The position numbers and the translations under genes were made by a program. Shown here one piece after another: positions 38,612-49,228 of a DNA stretch of 64,000 nt (position 1 is the first letter of the stretch; the number at the start of each line of letters is the position of its first letter). This DNA is from a bacterium. Its GTDB lineage: Bacteria > Zixibacteria > MSB-5A5 > GN15 > FEB-12. The stretch spans positions 18,031 through 82,030 of the forward strand of contig JBDRNJ010000031.1 of NCBI GenBank assembly GCA_043811375.1, in the 5' to 3' direction. The notes beneath the pieces were generated by a model that ran no database searches, was not told the DNA's origin, and saw only the letters and a list, made by a program, of their open reading frames with translations.

Positions 38612-38883
38612 GTTTACCTCCTGTGTATCTCACAGCACAATGTCATATCTGTCTTGTTCTGTCCGCAGACAGGTGGGTGGATGATAACTACAAACCGGCC
38701 ATCCGGCAAGAGTCGCGAGGGAGCATTTTTCATGGGTTGCCAACACCGGCAGCCACTCTGACGTTGTCCTGCAAGCAAGTTTCTTAAGGCAGCAAAAATC
38801 GTCACCCTGTCCCGGGGACGTGAACATTGAGCTCTCGTACTCAGAAGAAAACCCACTCGCTGGGTGGAATACGGTGTTCTCTA

Positions 38884-39498
38884 CTATCCGCTTGTTAGCT
38901 TGTAGGGTTTCTTTAACTCACAATACGTCTTACGATTGTCAGTCCTGGCCGGGTGTCTAAACGGAATAACCCAGACATCACCGGTTTTGTCTTTCACAGG
39001 TTCCTGCATTGGTCGATCCGGTTTTACGTTCAGTTCCAGCAGCCAGACCAGGATGTCAAATGTCCCGCAAGCGACAATCAACTCTGGTTTGATTTCACCG
39101 ATTTGTTTTAGCAGCAGCTCTCTATCGCGGAAGGCATAGGCGTTGATAACAGACATATCAGAGGATGCTCCCCCCGTCGCTTTCTTGAGATTGATCGCAG
39201 CCACCCGGTGCAGAGACTCCGTTAGTTCTTCTCTTAACATGTTTTCATCAAAAGAGGGGAAGTCGTGTAGAATGCCGTGTGCCCATCTTGCCACAGCGTG
39301 CCACATCTGGAATCTGGGGCCGTTTTTTAACAGATTCTGCAGACCGCCCTTGTAGTCATTCGTTTCCTTTAGCACGAACAGTATTTTCTTTCCGGCAGCT
39401 TTGTACTTCTCGGCGTTTAGTTTGCCATCCCGGCATATCTTGCTGGCATCCAGACCGAGTTGTTTGTAATGTTTTTCCCATTCTGAATTCAGGTACAT
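38884..39498 (-). CDS. Uracil-DNA-glycosylase-superfamily-like hypothetical protein
   Basis: ILFVLKETN, INLKK..G, QIGEIKPELIVACG and HPA spacing match the UDG-like fold. Confidence 0.55.
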   Translation of the reverse strand: MYLNSEWEKHYKQLGLDASKICRDGKLNAEKYKAAGKKILFVLKETNDYKGGLQNLLKNGPRFQMWHAVARWAHGILHDFPSFDENMLREELTESLHRVAAINLKKATGGASSDMSVINAYAFRDRELLLKQIGEIKPELIVACGTFDILVWLLELNVKPDRPMQEPVKDKTGDVWVIPFRHPARTDNRKTYCELKKPYKLTSG

Positions 39499-39575
39499 GG
39501 GGTAACCTCCTTTCTAATGAACATCCTATCTCCGATTGCCATCCTCAAACCGGAGACTGACAGCCAGCGTCGCGG

Positions 39576-41114
39576 CTAAGAGCCTCCGGCGGCTGCATGC
39601 TCCCTACGGAATATCTGAAACCGCCTGTCGCCGTATACCTCTTCCCAATGTTCGGTCAGGACTTTGTGGAGAGGAAGAGACAGGTCGCCTTTAACGCGTC
39701 TGAACACGGCGACACGTATGCCGTACTTGTCGGCTATCCGCATCACCTGACCATAATCATCACTGTTTACGACAGTGTTGTAATCGGCTTCCAGCTCCTG
39801 TGATATCTGAGTATTGAGCTGGAAGTACTCCATTGTTTTGTAGCACCCCAGCGCATGGGCAGTGGTTCTTGGCATCAGTGAATGCCAGTATGTTTTCTTT
39901 GTGCAGAAAATGTAATCGCCGGGTGAGATGTATCCATCCAGGTAACCGGAGAAGTAGCTCTCCTGCGACAGGAGATAGTGTGCGCTATGGTGCTGAGTCT
40001 GGACCCTGCTATATGAACTGTAGTAGTGATAGACAGAGAGTGCACAAATAACTGCCATTATGCCCCAGATCAACGGTCTCGGGACCCTGAGCCTGGAGAC
40101 ATAATTCATGGCGACAGCGCCGGCAAATATCATCAGTATGAATTGGATACGTACGGCATACTGGAGGCTGAAGTGATAGAAAGTGAAGAGAAAAGCAATC
40201 GCGGCGACTGCGGCGAACCACGGGACTTTTCGGGTTCTGAATATACCCGTCAGTGCGGTGATTACAATAGCTACCGTAATCAGAGCGCCCACGCTCAACA
40301 GGTTACGCTCGTTTCCACCAAACAGTGTCACCACTAAGTCTGTCAACCAGGTCCCATCGGGAAAGCCTCGCCAGATCGCGAAGGCAGACGTACCCTGGAG
40401 GTTTTGAGAGTAGATAACATAGGCCTGGATATAAAACGGTATGATGCTCACCAGAAACGTCGCGGCTGATATGAAAAATCGCCTGTATTGTCTCACTATG
40501 GCCAATTGATATAGAAACCCAAAACCCAGAAGGAAAACGTAACCGGGGGATAAGAGGAAGGCAAAACCCCAGGCAAGGCCGGACAGCATGGCGAGCTTGT
40601 GTGTCTGAGCCGGGTGCATGAACAACCACAATCCGATCAGGTAGAAGGCAATAGAGAAGCTAAAGGAATCAGCCAGCAGCAGAACCCCATCGCCGATGTA
40701 GGCCATGATAAACGGCATCATCATACACGTCAGTACGGCAACATAGCTATCAAACGCTCGCGCAACGACCTTGTACACCATGAGAAAGGTCATAGTCATG
40801 TTGAAGACGAAAACCCAGAACAAGATCGTGCTGAAACTGAGCCCCAGTGCTTTGAATGGGGCTAATACGATATGATACATGGGCGGGTGAAAAGTGGGAT
40901 ACCCGGTGACTGGATCGTTGAACAGCTTTCCATTCAGGGTGTAGAGGATTTTGGCTTTGACATACTGCATGTCAGGCGAATAGAAGAAAGGCGCCTGGAG
41001 ATAATACAGCGTTGGACCGAGCATAATGGCGACCACGACACCGATTATGATGGGGATCAAAAAACGTCCGTGATCTGCTTTTTGTGGGGACTTCTTTTTC
41101 CGTGACTTGGCCAT
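39576..41114 (-). CDS. Polytopic membrane protein, GT-C (ArnT/PMT-like) glycosyltransferase, paralog 1
   Basis: About 12 TM segments, first-loop D...HPPMY, soluble C-terminal domain. Confidence 0.6.
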   Translation of the reverse strand: MAKSRKKKSPQKADHGRFLIPIIIGVVVAIMLGPTLYYLQAPFFYSPDMQYVKAKILYTLNGKLFNDPVTGYPTFHPPMYHIVLAPFKALGLSFSTILFWVFVFNMTMTFLMVYKVVARAFDSYVAVLTCMMMPFIMAYIGDGVLLLADSFSFSIAFYLIGLWLFMHPAQTHKLAMLSGLAWGFAFLLSPGYVFLLGFGFLYQLAIVRQYRRFFISAATFLVSIIPFYIQAYVIYSQNLQGTSAFAIWRGFPDGTWLTDLVVTLFGGNERNLLSVGALITVAIVITALTGIFRTRKVPWFAAVAAIAFLFTFYHFSLQYAVRIQFILMIFAGAVAMNYVSRLRVPRPLIWGIMAVICALSVYHYYSSYSRVQTQHHSAHYLLSQESYFSGYLDGYISPGDYIFCTKKTYWHSLMPRTTAHALGCYKTMEYFQLNTQISQELEADYNTVVNSDDYGQVMRIADKYGIRVAVFRRVKGDLSLPLHKVLTEHWEEVYGDRRFQIFRREHAAAGGS

Positions 41115-41248
41115 AGGTTACTCTAATCGAAGGTTGCCGCTTCCGGACCTGTGACCGGCAGATGTCTATATCTGCCGTAGGTCGCTGCGCATGTGGACAT
41201 TCGCTGCGCACCATAACAACGTCGAGTTCCTCGATTGGTGAACAAGGT

Positions 41249-42799
41249 TTAGCCTCCTCCCTCGGAACCAGATCTGCTTGCAAGGTCTCGACTGAATATC
41301 TGAAACCGCCCGTCATCGTGGACCTTTTCCCAATGTTCGGTCAGGACTTTGTGGAGAGGAAGAGACAGGTCGCGTCTAATGTGTCTGAATACGGCGACAC
41401 GTATACCGTATTTGTCGGCTATCTGCATCACCTGACTATAATCATTACTGTTTACGATAGTGTTGTAATCGGCTTCCAGTTCCTGTGATATCTCGGTCTT
41501 GAGCTGGAAGTACTCCATTGTCTTGTAGCACCCCAGAGCATGGGCAGTGGTTCTTGGCATCAGGAAATAAAGGTATGTGTATTTCGAGCAGAAAATGAAA
41601 TCGCCTGGTGAGATATATCCATCCAGGCAACCGGGAAAGTAGTTCTCCTGCGACATGAGCCTGTGGGCAACATGTTGACTAGACTGCCACGTGCTATATG
41701 AACTGTAGTAGCGATGGAAAGATAGAGCACAAATAACTGCTATTATTCCCCAGGTCAACAGTCTCGGGACTCTGAGTTTGGAAACATAATTCATAGCGAG
41801 AGCACCGGCAAATATCATCAGTATGAACTGGACGCGTACGGCATACTGGTGGCTGAAATGATAGAAAGTGAAGAGAAAAGCAACCCCGGCGACTACGGCG
41901 AACCACGGGACTTTTCGGGTTTTGAACATACCCGTCAGTGCGGTGATTACAGTAGCTACCGTAATCAGAGCGCCCACGCTCAACAGGTTACGCTCGTTTC
42001 CGCCAAACAGTGTCACCACCAAATCTGTCAACCATGTCCCACCGGGAAAGCCTCGCCAGAACGCGAAAGCAGACGTACCCTGGAGGTTTTGAGAGTAGAT
42101 AACATAGGTCTGGATGTAAAATGGTATGATGCTCACCAGAAACGTTACGGCGGATGCAAGAAACCGTTTGTATTGTCTCGCTATGGCTAATTGATACAAG
42201 AATCCAAAACCCAGCAGGAAAACGTGGCCGGGGGATAAGAGAAATGCAAACCCCCAGACAAGGCCGGACAGCACGGCGAACTTGTGTGTCTGAGCCGGGT
42301 GCATGAACAACCACAATCCGATCAGGTAGAAGGCAATGGAGAAACTGTAGGAGTCGGCCAACAACAGCGCCCCCTCGCCGATGTAGCTCATGATGAACGG
42401 CATCATGAAGCACGTCAGCATGGCAACGTAGCTATCAAACGCTCGCACAACGACCTTGTACACCATGAGAAAGGTCATAGTCATATTGAAGACGAAAACC
42501 CAGAACAAGATGGTGCTGAAACTGAGACCTATTGCTTTGAATGGGGCTAATACGATATGATACATGGGTGGGTGAAAAGTAGGATACCCGGTGACTGGGT
42601 CATTAAACAGCTTTCCACTCAGGACATAGAGGACTTTGGCTTTGACATACTGCATATCTGTAGAATAGAAGAAAGGTGCCTGGAGGTGATACAGAGATGG
42701 ACCGAGCATAATGGCGGCCACGACACCGATTATAATGGGAATCACATACCGTCTGCGATCTGTTTTTCGTGGGGGCTTCTTTTTCCGTGACTTTGGCAT
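41249..42799 (-). CDS. Polytopic membrane protein, GT-C-like glycosyltransferase, paralog 2
   Basis: Highly similar to 39576-41114 over its full length. Confidence 0.6.
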   Translation of the reverse strand: MPKSRKKKPPRKTDRRRYVIPIIIGVVAAIMLGPSLYHLQAPFFYSTDMQYVKAKVLYVLSGKLFNDPVTGYPTFHPPMYHIVLAPFKAIGLSFSTILFWVFVFNMTMTFLMVYKVVVRAFDSYVAMLTCFMMPFIMSYIGEGALLLADSYSFSIAFYLIGLWLFMHPAQTHKFAVLSGLVWGFAFLLSPGHVFLLGFGFLYQLAIARQYKRFLASAVTFLVSIIPFYIQTYVIYSQNLQGTSAFAFWRGFPGGTWLTDLVVTLFGGNERNLLSVGALITVATVITALTGMFKTRKVPWFAVVAGVAFLFTFYHFSHQYAVRVQFILMIFAGALAMNYVSKLRVPRLLTWGIIAVICALSFHRYYSSYSTWQSSQHVAHRLMSQENYFPGCLDGYISPGDFIFCSKYTYLYFLMPRTTAHALGCYKTMEYFQLKTEISQELEADYNTIVNSNDYSQVMQIADKYGIRVAVFRHIRRDLSLPLHKVLTEHWEKVHDDGRFQIFSRDLASRSGSEGGG

Positions 42800-42860
42800 A
42801 GGTCACTCAAATCGAAGGTTGCCGTTTCCGGCGAGTTGTATGGTCGTTCCGGCGAAGTGG

Positions 42861-44903
42861 CTACCAGCCCATCTCTTCTTTCAACTGCGGGTACAACTCT
42901 GCAGTTTCTCGTACGTAGCTGCTATCCAGGCCCTTTTCCATAGCACGCCGATAGCCGTCAGCTGCAGCGGAGAAATCCCCCTTTGAAACCATATAGTCGC
43001 CGAGTTCTTTCAGCCACATCGGAGGTACATCAAGTCTGTTTGTGGCTCTCATCAAATACTGCCTATACAGAGCCTCCTGCTTAGTGATCCTATACAGCCT
43101 TATCAAGCCCACATAAGGACCTATACTGCTGGTGTCTATTTCCAGTGCTCTCCTAAATCCATCTTCCGCCTGGCCATATTTCCCCAGCCGCGTGTACGCA
43201 CCCGCCCGGTTGGACAACATTCCGGCACTGTGAGGATTGTATCCCTCTGCGATGTCCAGAGCTGACAGCGCCTTATCAAACAGTCCCAATTCATAGTAGC
43301 AGCCTCCCAGAGATACCCATGCATTCCAGAATGAAGGATCGATCTTGCAGGCTCTATCAAAGGCGCTAACGGCGGCGCTGAAGTTGCCTTCATTCATGGC
43401 ATCAATTCCTACAAGCAACAGCCGGTCCTGCTCGTAAGTGCCTTTCCAGTGAGTTTGGCGAATCTGCTCAATCCAGTGGTCACCGGTCAATGCATAGTAT
43501 TCCTTCAATAGCCACTGTGCGTTTCTGCATTTGGCACTATCCAACTTCTTGTAGTTCAATACGTGTTGAACGGCGGTTTCTGGAACATTTTGAGCATAGA
43601 CCCTTGGAAAAAGAGACAGTGCACCCAACGTGATGGACAATATCACCGCGTCCCTGCGCAACCTGGTCTTGTCACTCCGTGATAACAGGAGGTAGTAAGA
43701 GGCCACACCGATAGGCACTCCCGAGAATGCAAACAAATCCCAATCTCTCGGCATGCCAAGCCTCGGATCGAATACAAAGACAGCACCCAACACCGACAAA
43801 ACGAGGATGGCAGAGAACTTGAACCAAAACTCTCTGACCAGGCTCTTGTGCCATAGTAACCAGGCTGCAGAGGCCATTATCGGAAGACCCGGTAGCAAGA
43901 GCAGATTCAGATTAAGGTAGTCAAGCAAGTGCTTTGACGAGAACAGCGTGTAACCCTCAATGGTGAATTTGTCTGATACGACCGGAACGAGTGCAAAGCG
44001 GAAGAAATACGACGTAGTATAGTAGTGGTAGAATATCACAGCAAGTAAAACGCACGCAAGGCCGACGATGAGCGCTTTCGTTCTTCGGAAGGAGCGACGC
44101 CATTTGCCCCCCACCCTGGTGGATGACAAAATAAGGTATGCCGCGCTCGGTAGCAGGACAACGCCGAATATATGGAAGAAGATAGCAGCTGCAACTGGTA
44201 TAAGAATCAGCCAGGTCGCCACCCGGCTCTCTGCCGCCAGAATCCCAACCATGGTATAGACACCAACCGCTGTTAGGAACAGAGAATAATTCTCCACATA
44301 ACCGAAGTAGAGCAGCATGTATCCTCCGGAACAGACTCCGAGAACGAATAGTACCCTCGGCGTACTTATCGGGAACAGTCTTGTTGAGATAATGACAGTT
44401 GCTGCTACGAATACGAATCCGGATAGAATAGAGATAATCTGATAGCTGAGCAACGCTGAACCAATGTCACTTCCGGGGAGTATATCCTTTAGCCAAATGT
44501 GTGCGAGTGATTCGCCGATTTCTCGCACCTTCAGAGCAGTAGCATGGTCTGCTGCGAGCGATGTGAGCAAAGTGTAGCCATCCCCAAGGAAATGAGTCTT
44601 AACACGGAGGATATAGAAAAGCGCTCCAAATAGTAACGGCGCAGATATGGCGAAGATACCAAATGCGTGTCCCCTGCTGGCTGCCTTGCGCTCGTCAGCC
44701 TCGTACTGACGAGACCAGCGCGTCACCAGAGCGAATGCTGGAGCGACGGCGCCGATTCCAAACAGCCCCCACTGAATCCCGTCCGGATAGTATGCCCACC
44801 AGTTGAATCCCCAAATACGAATTTCTGGAAAGAATGCCCCGCAAAGGTACGTCAGCAGCACTACATAGTACAGACCGAATGGAAAAAGTCTTCTTTTACC
44901 CAT
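42861..44903 (-). CDS. Polytopic membrane (GT-C-like) protein with C-terminal TPRs
   Basis: HFLGDG, FGYVENY, RDWDLF, many TMs and TPR repeats. Confidence 0.6.
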   Translation of the reverse strand: MGKRRLFPFGLYYVVLLTYLCGAFFPEIRIWGFNWWAYYPDGIQWGLFGIGAVAPAFALVTRWSRQYEADERKAASRGHAFGIFAISAPLLFGALFYILRVKTHFLGDGYTLLTSLAADHATALKVREIGESLAHIWLKDILPGSDIGSALLSYQIISILSGFVFVAATVIISTRLFPISTPRVLFVLGVCSGGYMLLYFGYVENYSLFLTAVGVYTMVGILAAESRVATWLILIPVAAAIFFHIFGVVLLPSAAYLILSSTRVGGKWRRSFRRTKALIVGLACVLLAVIFYHYYTTSYFFRFALVPVVSDKFTIEGYTLFSSKHLLDYLNLNLLLLPGLPIMASAAWLLWHKSLVREFWFKFSAILVLSVLGAVFVFDPRLGMPRDWDLFAFSGVPIGVASYYLLLSRSDKTRLRRDAVILSITLGALSLFPRVYAQNVPETAVQHVLNYKKLDSAKCRNAQWLLKEYYALTGDHWIEQIRQTHWKGTYEQDRLLLVGIDAMNEGNFSAAVSAFDRACKIDPSFWNAWVSLGGCYYELGLFDKALSALDIAEGYNPHSAGMLSNRAGAYTRLGKYGQAEDGFRRALEIDTSSIGPYVGLIRLYRITKQEALYRQYLMRATNRLDVPPMWLKELGDYMVSKGDFSAAADGYRRAMEKGLDSSYVRETAELYPQLKEEMGW

Positions 44904-45053
44904 ACTCCAAGAATAAAGGTATATGTGCCCTGTTCAGCAAGTAGTCTCTTCGGCGGCACGGTAGGTGAGAGTACCGGATGTTCAACTGCATCGTAGGTCC
45001 AGACCGCGGTAGTCACGACAATCGAACGCGCTCGGGAGTGCCGCCAAGTTTAT

Positions 45054-45133
45054 TCTGCGATCTGTTTTTCGTGGGGGCTTCTTTTTCCGTGACTTTGGCA
45101 TAGGTCACTCTAATCGAAGGTTGCCGTCTCCGG
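45054..45133 (-). repeat. 80-bp direct repeat of the GT gene 5' region (other copies 42752-42831 and about 41074-41146)
   Basis: Two mismatches versus 42752-42831. Encodes MPKSRKKKPPRKTDRR, then diverges. Confidence 0.9.
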
Positions 45134-45213
45134 TTTCGACAAGACTACTGCTCTCATCGGCAAAACCACAAGGGGTTTTGCCCTACCAATACTGCGGGTC
45201 AGTTTACCGCCCC

Positions 45214-46035
45214 TCAATACCCACTTATATCCACCCGGGTGATTTGCTCGATCACTTCACCCAGGAACCTGCCGGCTACCTGTGAGAATTTTTCGGGAAC
45301 GTCACTGACAAAGAACTTGTGCTGGCCAGTAGCTTCAACGTCCGTACCGGCCGGACTGAGCAGGTCGCATGCGGCAAGTTGCTGTTGGGCTACTTTGGCT
45401 GTTTCTGCGCCACTGTCAATAAGAGTGACGTTGTCACCCATGACGTCAGCGATGACGTGCCTGAGCAGCGGGTAATGGGTACAGCCTAACACCAGGGTGT
45501 CGATTTTGACGTCGTGCATCGTCTGCAGGTAATCGCGGGCGATCAGGTTGGCGGCTTCTTTGTCGACATAACCCTCTTCGGCCAGCGGCACGAACAGGGG
45601 ACAGGCCAGCGAGAATACTTTTGTCTGCGGATCAAGATCGTGGATGATGCGTGCGTAGGCGTTAGAGCCGATTGTGGCGTTAGTGCCGATAACGCCGATC
45701 CGTCCATTCTTTGTCTGCTCCACCGCCGCCCGGGCGCCCGGTTCGATAACGCCGATGATCTCCACGTCGTAGTTATTCTTGATCTGATCGAGCGCCACCG
45801 AAGATGCCGAGTTGCAGGCACAGATGATGAACTTGACGTGGTGTTCCAGCAGAAAGGTAATGTCCTGGATAGTGAAGCGGGTGATAATCTCCCGGGAGCG
45901 CCCGCCGTACGGGTAACGGCCGACATCGCCGAAGTAAACAACCGCTTCCTGCGGCAGCATTTGAAATACTTGCCGGGCAACTGTCAGCCCGCCCACGCCG
46001 GAATCAAAGATACCGATTGGAGTGTTGCCGGTCAT
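45214..46035 (-). CDS. murI: Glutamate racemase
   Basis: FDSGVGG, ACNSAS, LGCTHYP. Confidence 0.95.
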   Translation of the reverse strand: MTGNTPIGIFDSGVGGLTVARQVFQMLPQEAVVYFGDVGRYPYGGRSREIITRFTIQDITFLLEHHVKFIICACNSASSVALDQIKNNYDVEIIGVIEPGARAAVEQTKNGRIGVIGTNATIGSNAYARIIHDLDPQTKVFSLACPLFVPLAEEGYVDKEAANLIARDYLQTMHDVKIDTLVLGCTHYPLLRHVIADVMGDNVTLIDSGAETAKVAQQQLAACDLLSPAGTDVEATGQHKFFVSDVPEKFSQVAGRFLGEVIEQITRVDISGY

Positions 46036-46080
46036 GTAATCTCCCGTAGTTTTCGGGTCGGCATTAAATCGAGAATATGC

Positions 46081-47577
46081 CTACTCATACTTATCCTTGA
46101 ATCTCTTGATAGCGTTATAAATTGCCTCCGCCACTTCCTTTTGATACTTGTCGCTTTTGAGTAGTTTTTCTTCGTTCTTGTTGGAGATGAACCCCGATTC
46201 AACCAGCACCGAGGGTGTGAAAACCTGGTTGAGCACAAAGAAACCCGCCTGGTCCACTCCCCGCGAAGGGATATCCAGCCGCCGCCTGAACTCGCGGTCG
46301 ACCATCATGGCAAAATCATGCGATTCGGTCTGGAATTCGGTCATGATCATCTCGTTGAGGATAGTCAGTACCGGGTCGTAATGATCGTCCTGGGGTCGGT
46401 CACTGCGATGGGCCTCAAGGGCGGATTGTTCCCGCAGAAAGAAGCTGTTCTCAAACTGGGCTACGGCACGAGCCGAATCGTTTTTGGCCGGGGCCAGAAA
46501 GAACACATTCCATCCCCTGACCTGCCGTTTGGTGGAAGAGTTGGCATGGATTGAGATAAACAGGTCGACGCCGGCGCTGTTGGCGATCTCGGCTCGCTTT
46601 TGAAGAGACACTGTCTTGTCCCGGTCACGGGTCATTATAACCTGAAATTGTTTGTCCTTGCGGATCAGTTTGGCCAGCTCTTTGGAGATATCCAGCACCA
46701 CGTCTTTTTCCCTGGTGCCGCTCTGACCGATAGCCCCGTAGTCACTGCCGCCGTGACCGGGATCGATGACAATAATGTCAATCTTGTCGTCGGGACCGAC
46801 AACTCGGGGTGAGTCCAGACTGTCCAGTTCGAAATCGACATCAGCCACTGAAATCTGAATCCGCGGCGGGTCGTAGACCAGTTTGTGATGCCAGTTGTCG
46901 ATGTTTTTTTTTAACCTCAAGGAAACCTGTCCCGATCCGGCCGCCTGGTGAGTCTTGAGGTTATACATGTAGCGTCGGTCGCGACGAGACAGGATGCGAT
47001 TGCTGTTAAGATGGCCATCGCGTATCGACACGTTCAGCCAGTTGCCCTCGGTGACAAAAATGTCGTAGGCCAGGGCGCCGGTGAGAAATATCTCGATCAA
47101 TAGTCCGTTGGCCTTGGCTGAAACCGCCAGGTCGGTGACGTTGAAGTACTCCGAGTCAATGCGCAACGTCTGATTTTCCCTGCTCCAAGTTACCTGCTGG
47201 GGCAGACTCTGATTGAGGAAGGGGACAAAGGTCGCCGTCGGCAGGAAGAGTTGGCCGTCCCGGAAAACCGCCGGGAAGGTCATGTTAAGGGCGGCATCAC
47301 CATGTCTGAAAAACGGAGAACCGATGACAAAACTAAAATGCTGGGTATCTGCCGTATAACTGACGGAATGACCGATCACTTCCCAGCCCAGTTCGCCTCC
47401 CAGAATCTCGACCAGTTTAGAAAACGATATGTAGGTGGTCGCCTCTTGTTCGAAAGATGCTATGTTTTCGACCCCCCCGGAACAGGTCACCTTAACGGAT
47501 TTGCCGCCAGCAGCGGCTGTCGGTATCATTACCGCCAGAACAACGGTCAGTAGCAGTATATTTTTTCGGCGTATCAA
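46081..47577 (-). CDS. N-acetylmuramoyl-L-alanine amidase (Amidase_3)
   Basis: IDPGHGG, EKD, SIHANS, LVESGFISN. TTG 47577 is the likely start, ahead of a signal peptide. Confidence 0.9.
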   Translation of the reverse strand: MIRRKNILLLTVVLAVMIPTAAAGGKSVKVTCSGGVENIASFEQEATTYISFSKLVEILGGELGWEVIGHSVSYTADTQHFSFVIGSPFFRHGDAALNMTFPAVFRDGQLFLPTATFVPFLNQSLPQQVTWSRENQTLRIDSEYFNVTDLAVSAKANGLLIEIFLTGALAYDIFVTEGNWLNVSIRDGHLNSNRILSRRDRRYMYNLKTHQAAGSGQVSLRLKKNIDNWHHKLVYDPPRIQISVADVDFELDSLDSPRVVGPDDKIDIIVIDPGHGGSDYGAIGQSGTREKDVVLDISKELAKLIRKDKQFQVIMTRDRDKTVSLQKRAEIANSAGVDLFISIHANSSTKRQVRGWNVFFLAPAKNDSARAVAQFENSFFLREQSALEAHRSDRPQDDHYDPVLTILNEMIMTEFQTESHDFAMMVDREFRRRLDIPSRGVDQAGFFVLNQVFTPSVLVESGFISNKNEEKLLKSDKYQKEVAEAIYNAIKRFKDKYE

Positions 47578-47584
47578 AGTGTTC

Positions 47585-48046
47585 TCAATAATCTCGATGA
47601 ATTGCTCTTTTGATTTTCCGATCCGCATCCGCTTTGGCTATAACCTCGCGCTTGTCGTATTTCTTACGGCCGGAGGCCACCGCCAGTTCGACCTTGGCGA
47701 CTTTCCCCTTGAAATAGATCGCCATTGGAATCAAAGTGAGACCCTTCTGTTCCGTCTGTGAAAACAACTTGCGAATTTCACGTTTGTGCACCAGCAGCCG
47801 CCGGGGTCGCAGCGGATCATGGTCTTCCTGGGCCATCCGGTAGGGTGAGATATGCAGGTTTTTCAGGATGACCTCTCGGTTTTCAATTACCGCGTACGAG
47901 TCAGACAGGTTTATCTTACCTTCCCTTAACGACTTAACCTCGCCACCTCGCAGCTCAATGCCGGCTTCAAGGCGGCTTATGATCTTATAGTCGTGCCATG
48001 CCCGGCGATTTCGAGCAACATAGTGTATTTCCGCAGCATCTTTCAT
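47585..48046 (-). CDS. smpB: SsrA-binding protein
   Basis: NRRAWHDY, EAGIELRGGEVKSLR, GRKKYDKR. Confidence 0.95.
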   Translation of the reverse strand: MKDAAEIHYVARNRRAWHDYKIISRLEAGIELRGGEVKSLREGKINLSDSYAVIENREVILKNLHISPYRMAQEDHDPLRPRRLLVHKREIRKLFSQTEQKGLTLIPMAIYFKGKVAKVELAVASGRKKYDKREVIAKADADRKIKRAIHRDY

Positions 48047-48262
48047 ATTTAGTACAATAGGCCGGGGCACCGGCCGCCGCAATTAAAATCGGCCCAGTAC
48101 CGGTTGGCTGAGGGCTTCACAGCCCGAATAGCCCTGTAGCCCTGTGAGGCAACTGTCCGCTCGGCTAAGTTTTTGCGGCCGAACGACGATAACTCTATAA
48201 GGAGCGAAGTTTACCGGGAAGGCAGTGGGGCAGGTTAAACTGACCAACGGAAGGGATTATGT

Positions 48263-48661
48263 ATGAGCCCTGAAGCATCGTCTGGGGCAGGTACAATTCT
48301 TGTTATCGATGATGAGACGGCCGTCACGGGCTCTATCCAGGCAGTTCTGTCCAATCAGGGCTACCAGGTTCACCTGGCACATGATGGGAAAGAGGGGGTG
48401 GACCTTGCAAGCCGAGTCAGTCCCGATCTGATCATTATGGACATAACCATGCCCGAGATGGATGGTTACCAAGCGGCGGAGCAACTCAAGCAGGATCCCA
48501 ATCTCAAGGATGTGCCGATAATATTCCTGACCGGTAAATCGGCCAGTGAAGATGACGGCATGGCGTTTGCCAAGGGCGGAGCCTCTTTTGTGCGCAAGCC
48601 GTTTTCACCTAAGCAACTGCGTGACCTGGTAGCGTTGGCCATGCAATCTCTCAGGGAGTGA
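48263..48661 (+). CDS. Single-domain response regulator
   Basis: IDDE, MDITMPEMDG, FLT, KPF. Confidence 0.9.
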   Translation: MSPEASSGAGTILVIDDETAVTGSIQAVLSNQGYQVHLAHDGKEGVDLASRVSPDLIIMDITMPEMDGYQAAEQLKQDPNLKDVPIIFLTGKSASEDDGMAFAKGGASFVRKPFSPKQLRDLVALAMQSLRE

Positions 48662-48716
48662 CAGCCGAAGCAGTAAGAAATATCTCGTTTCGATCACCGG
48701 AGGTACGGATAGAAAC

Positions 48717-49118
48717 ATGTCATACAAAATCAAGATAGAAGGCTCCAGGGTTCTGGTGATCGATGACGAGCCGGAAATCACTGAGATAATCCAGACTTTT
48801 CTTAGTGAAACCGGTTACCAGGTGCTGGTTGAGAACAACCCGGAAACTGCCCTGCAGAAAGTGCGTAACTTCAAACCTGACGTTATCCTGCTGGATATCA
48901 TGATGCCGGGCATCGATGGCTACGACATCTGCCAGCAGATCAAAGCTGATCCTGATTTTACCGCCACACCGATCATCTTTCTGACCGGCAAGGATCGCGG
49001 TGATGACATGGGCCGATCGTTCAAGGCGGGCGGCGACATGTTCATCAAGAAACCGTTCTCCTGCGAACGGCTGCTGGAGATTGTCAATATCGTTCTCATG
49101 TCGATCAGCCACCGCTGA
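48717..49118 (+). CDS. Single-domain response regulator
   Basis: IDDE, LDIMMPGIDG, FLT, KPF. Confidence 0.9.
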   Translation: MSYKIKIEGSRVLVIDDEPEITEIIQTFLSETGYQVLVENNPETALQKVRNFKPDVILLDIMMPGIDGYDICQQIKADPDFTATPIIFLTGKDRGDDMGRSFKAGGDMFIKKPFSCERLLEIVNIVLMSISHR

Positions 49119-49228
49119 CTTCGGTCGCCTGGTCTGTTTGCCGTTCTCTCCGGCAGAGCCCGCAGCCGTAAGTTATCAACCTCTCTTTTCTCTCCTTAAC
49201 TCAACGAGAACACCCTCTGCTTAGTGCA

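Noticed and set aside
44982..45101. 39-aa ORF MPKSRKKKPPRKTDRRINL... as a functional peptide
   Set aside because: Better explained as the truncated third copy of the GT gene start.
38850..45200. Integron cassette array
   Set aside because: No consistent attC (RYYYAAC...GTTRRRY) pattern was seen, and the tyrosine recombinase is distant and not recognisably IntI-like.
48083..48262. tmRNA (ssrA) next to smpB
   Set aside because: Too short, with no tRNA-Ala-like ends or tag reading frame.
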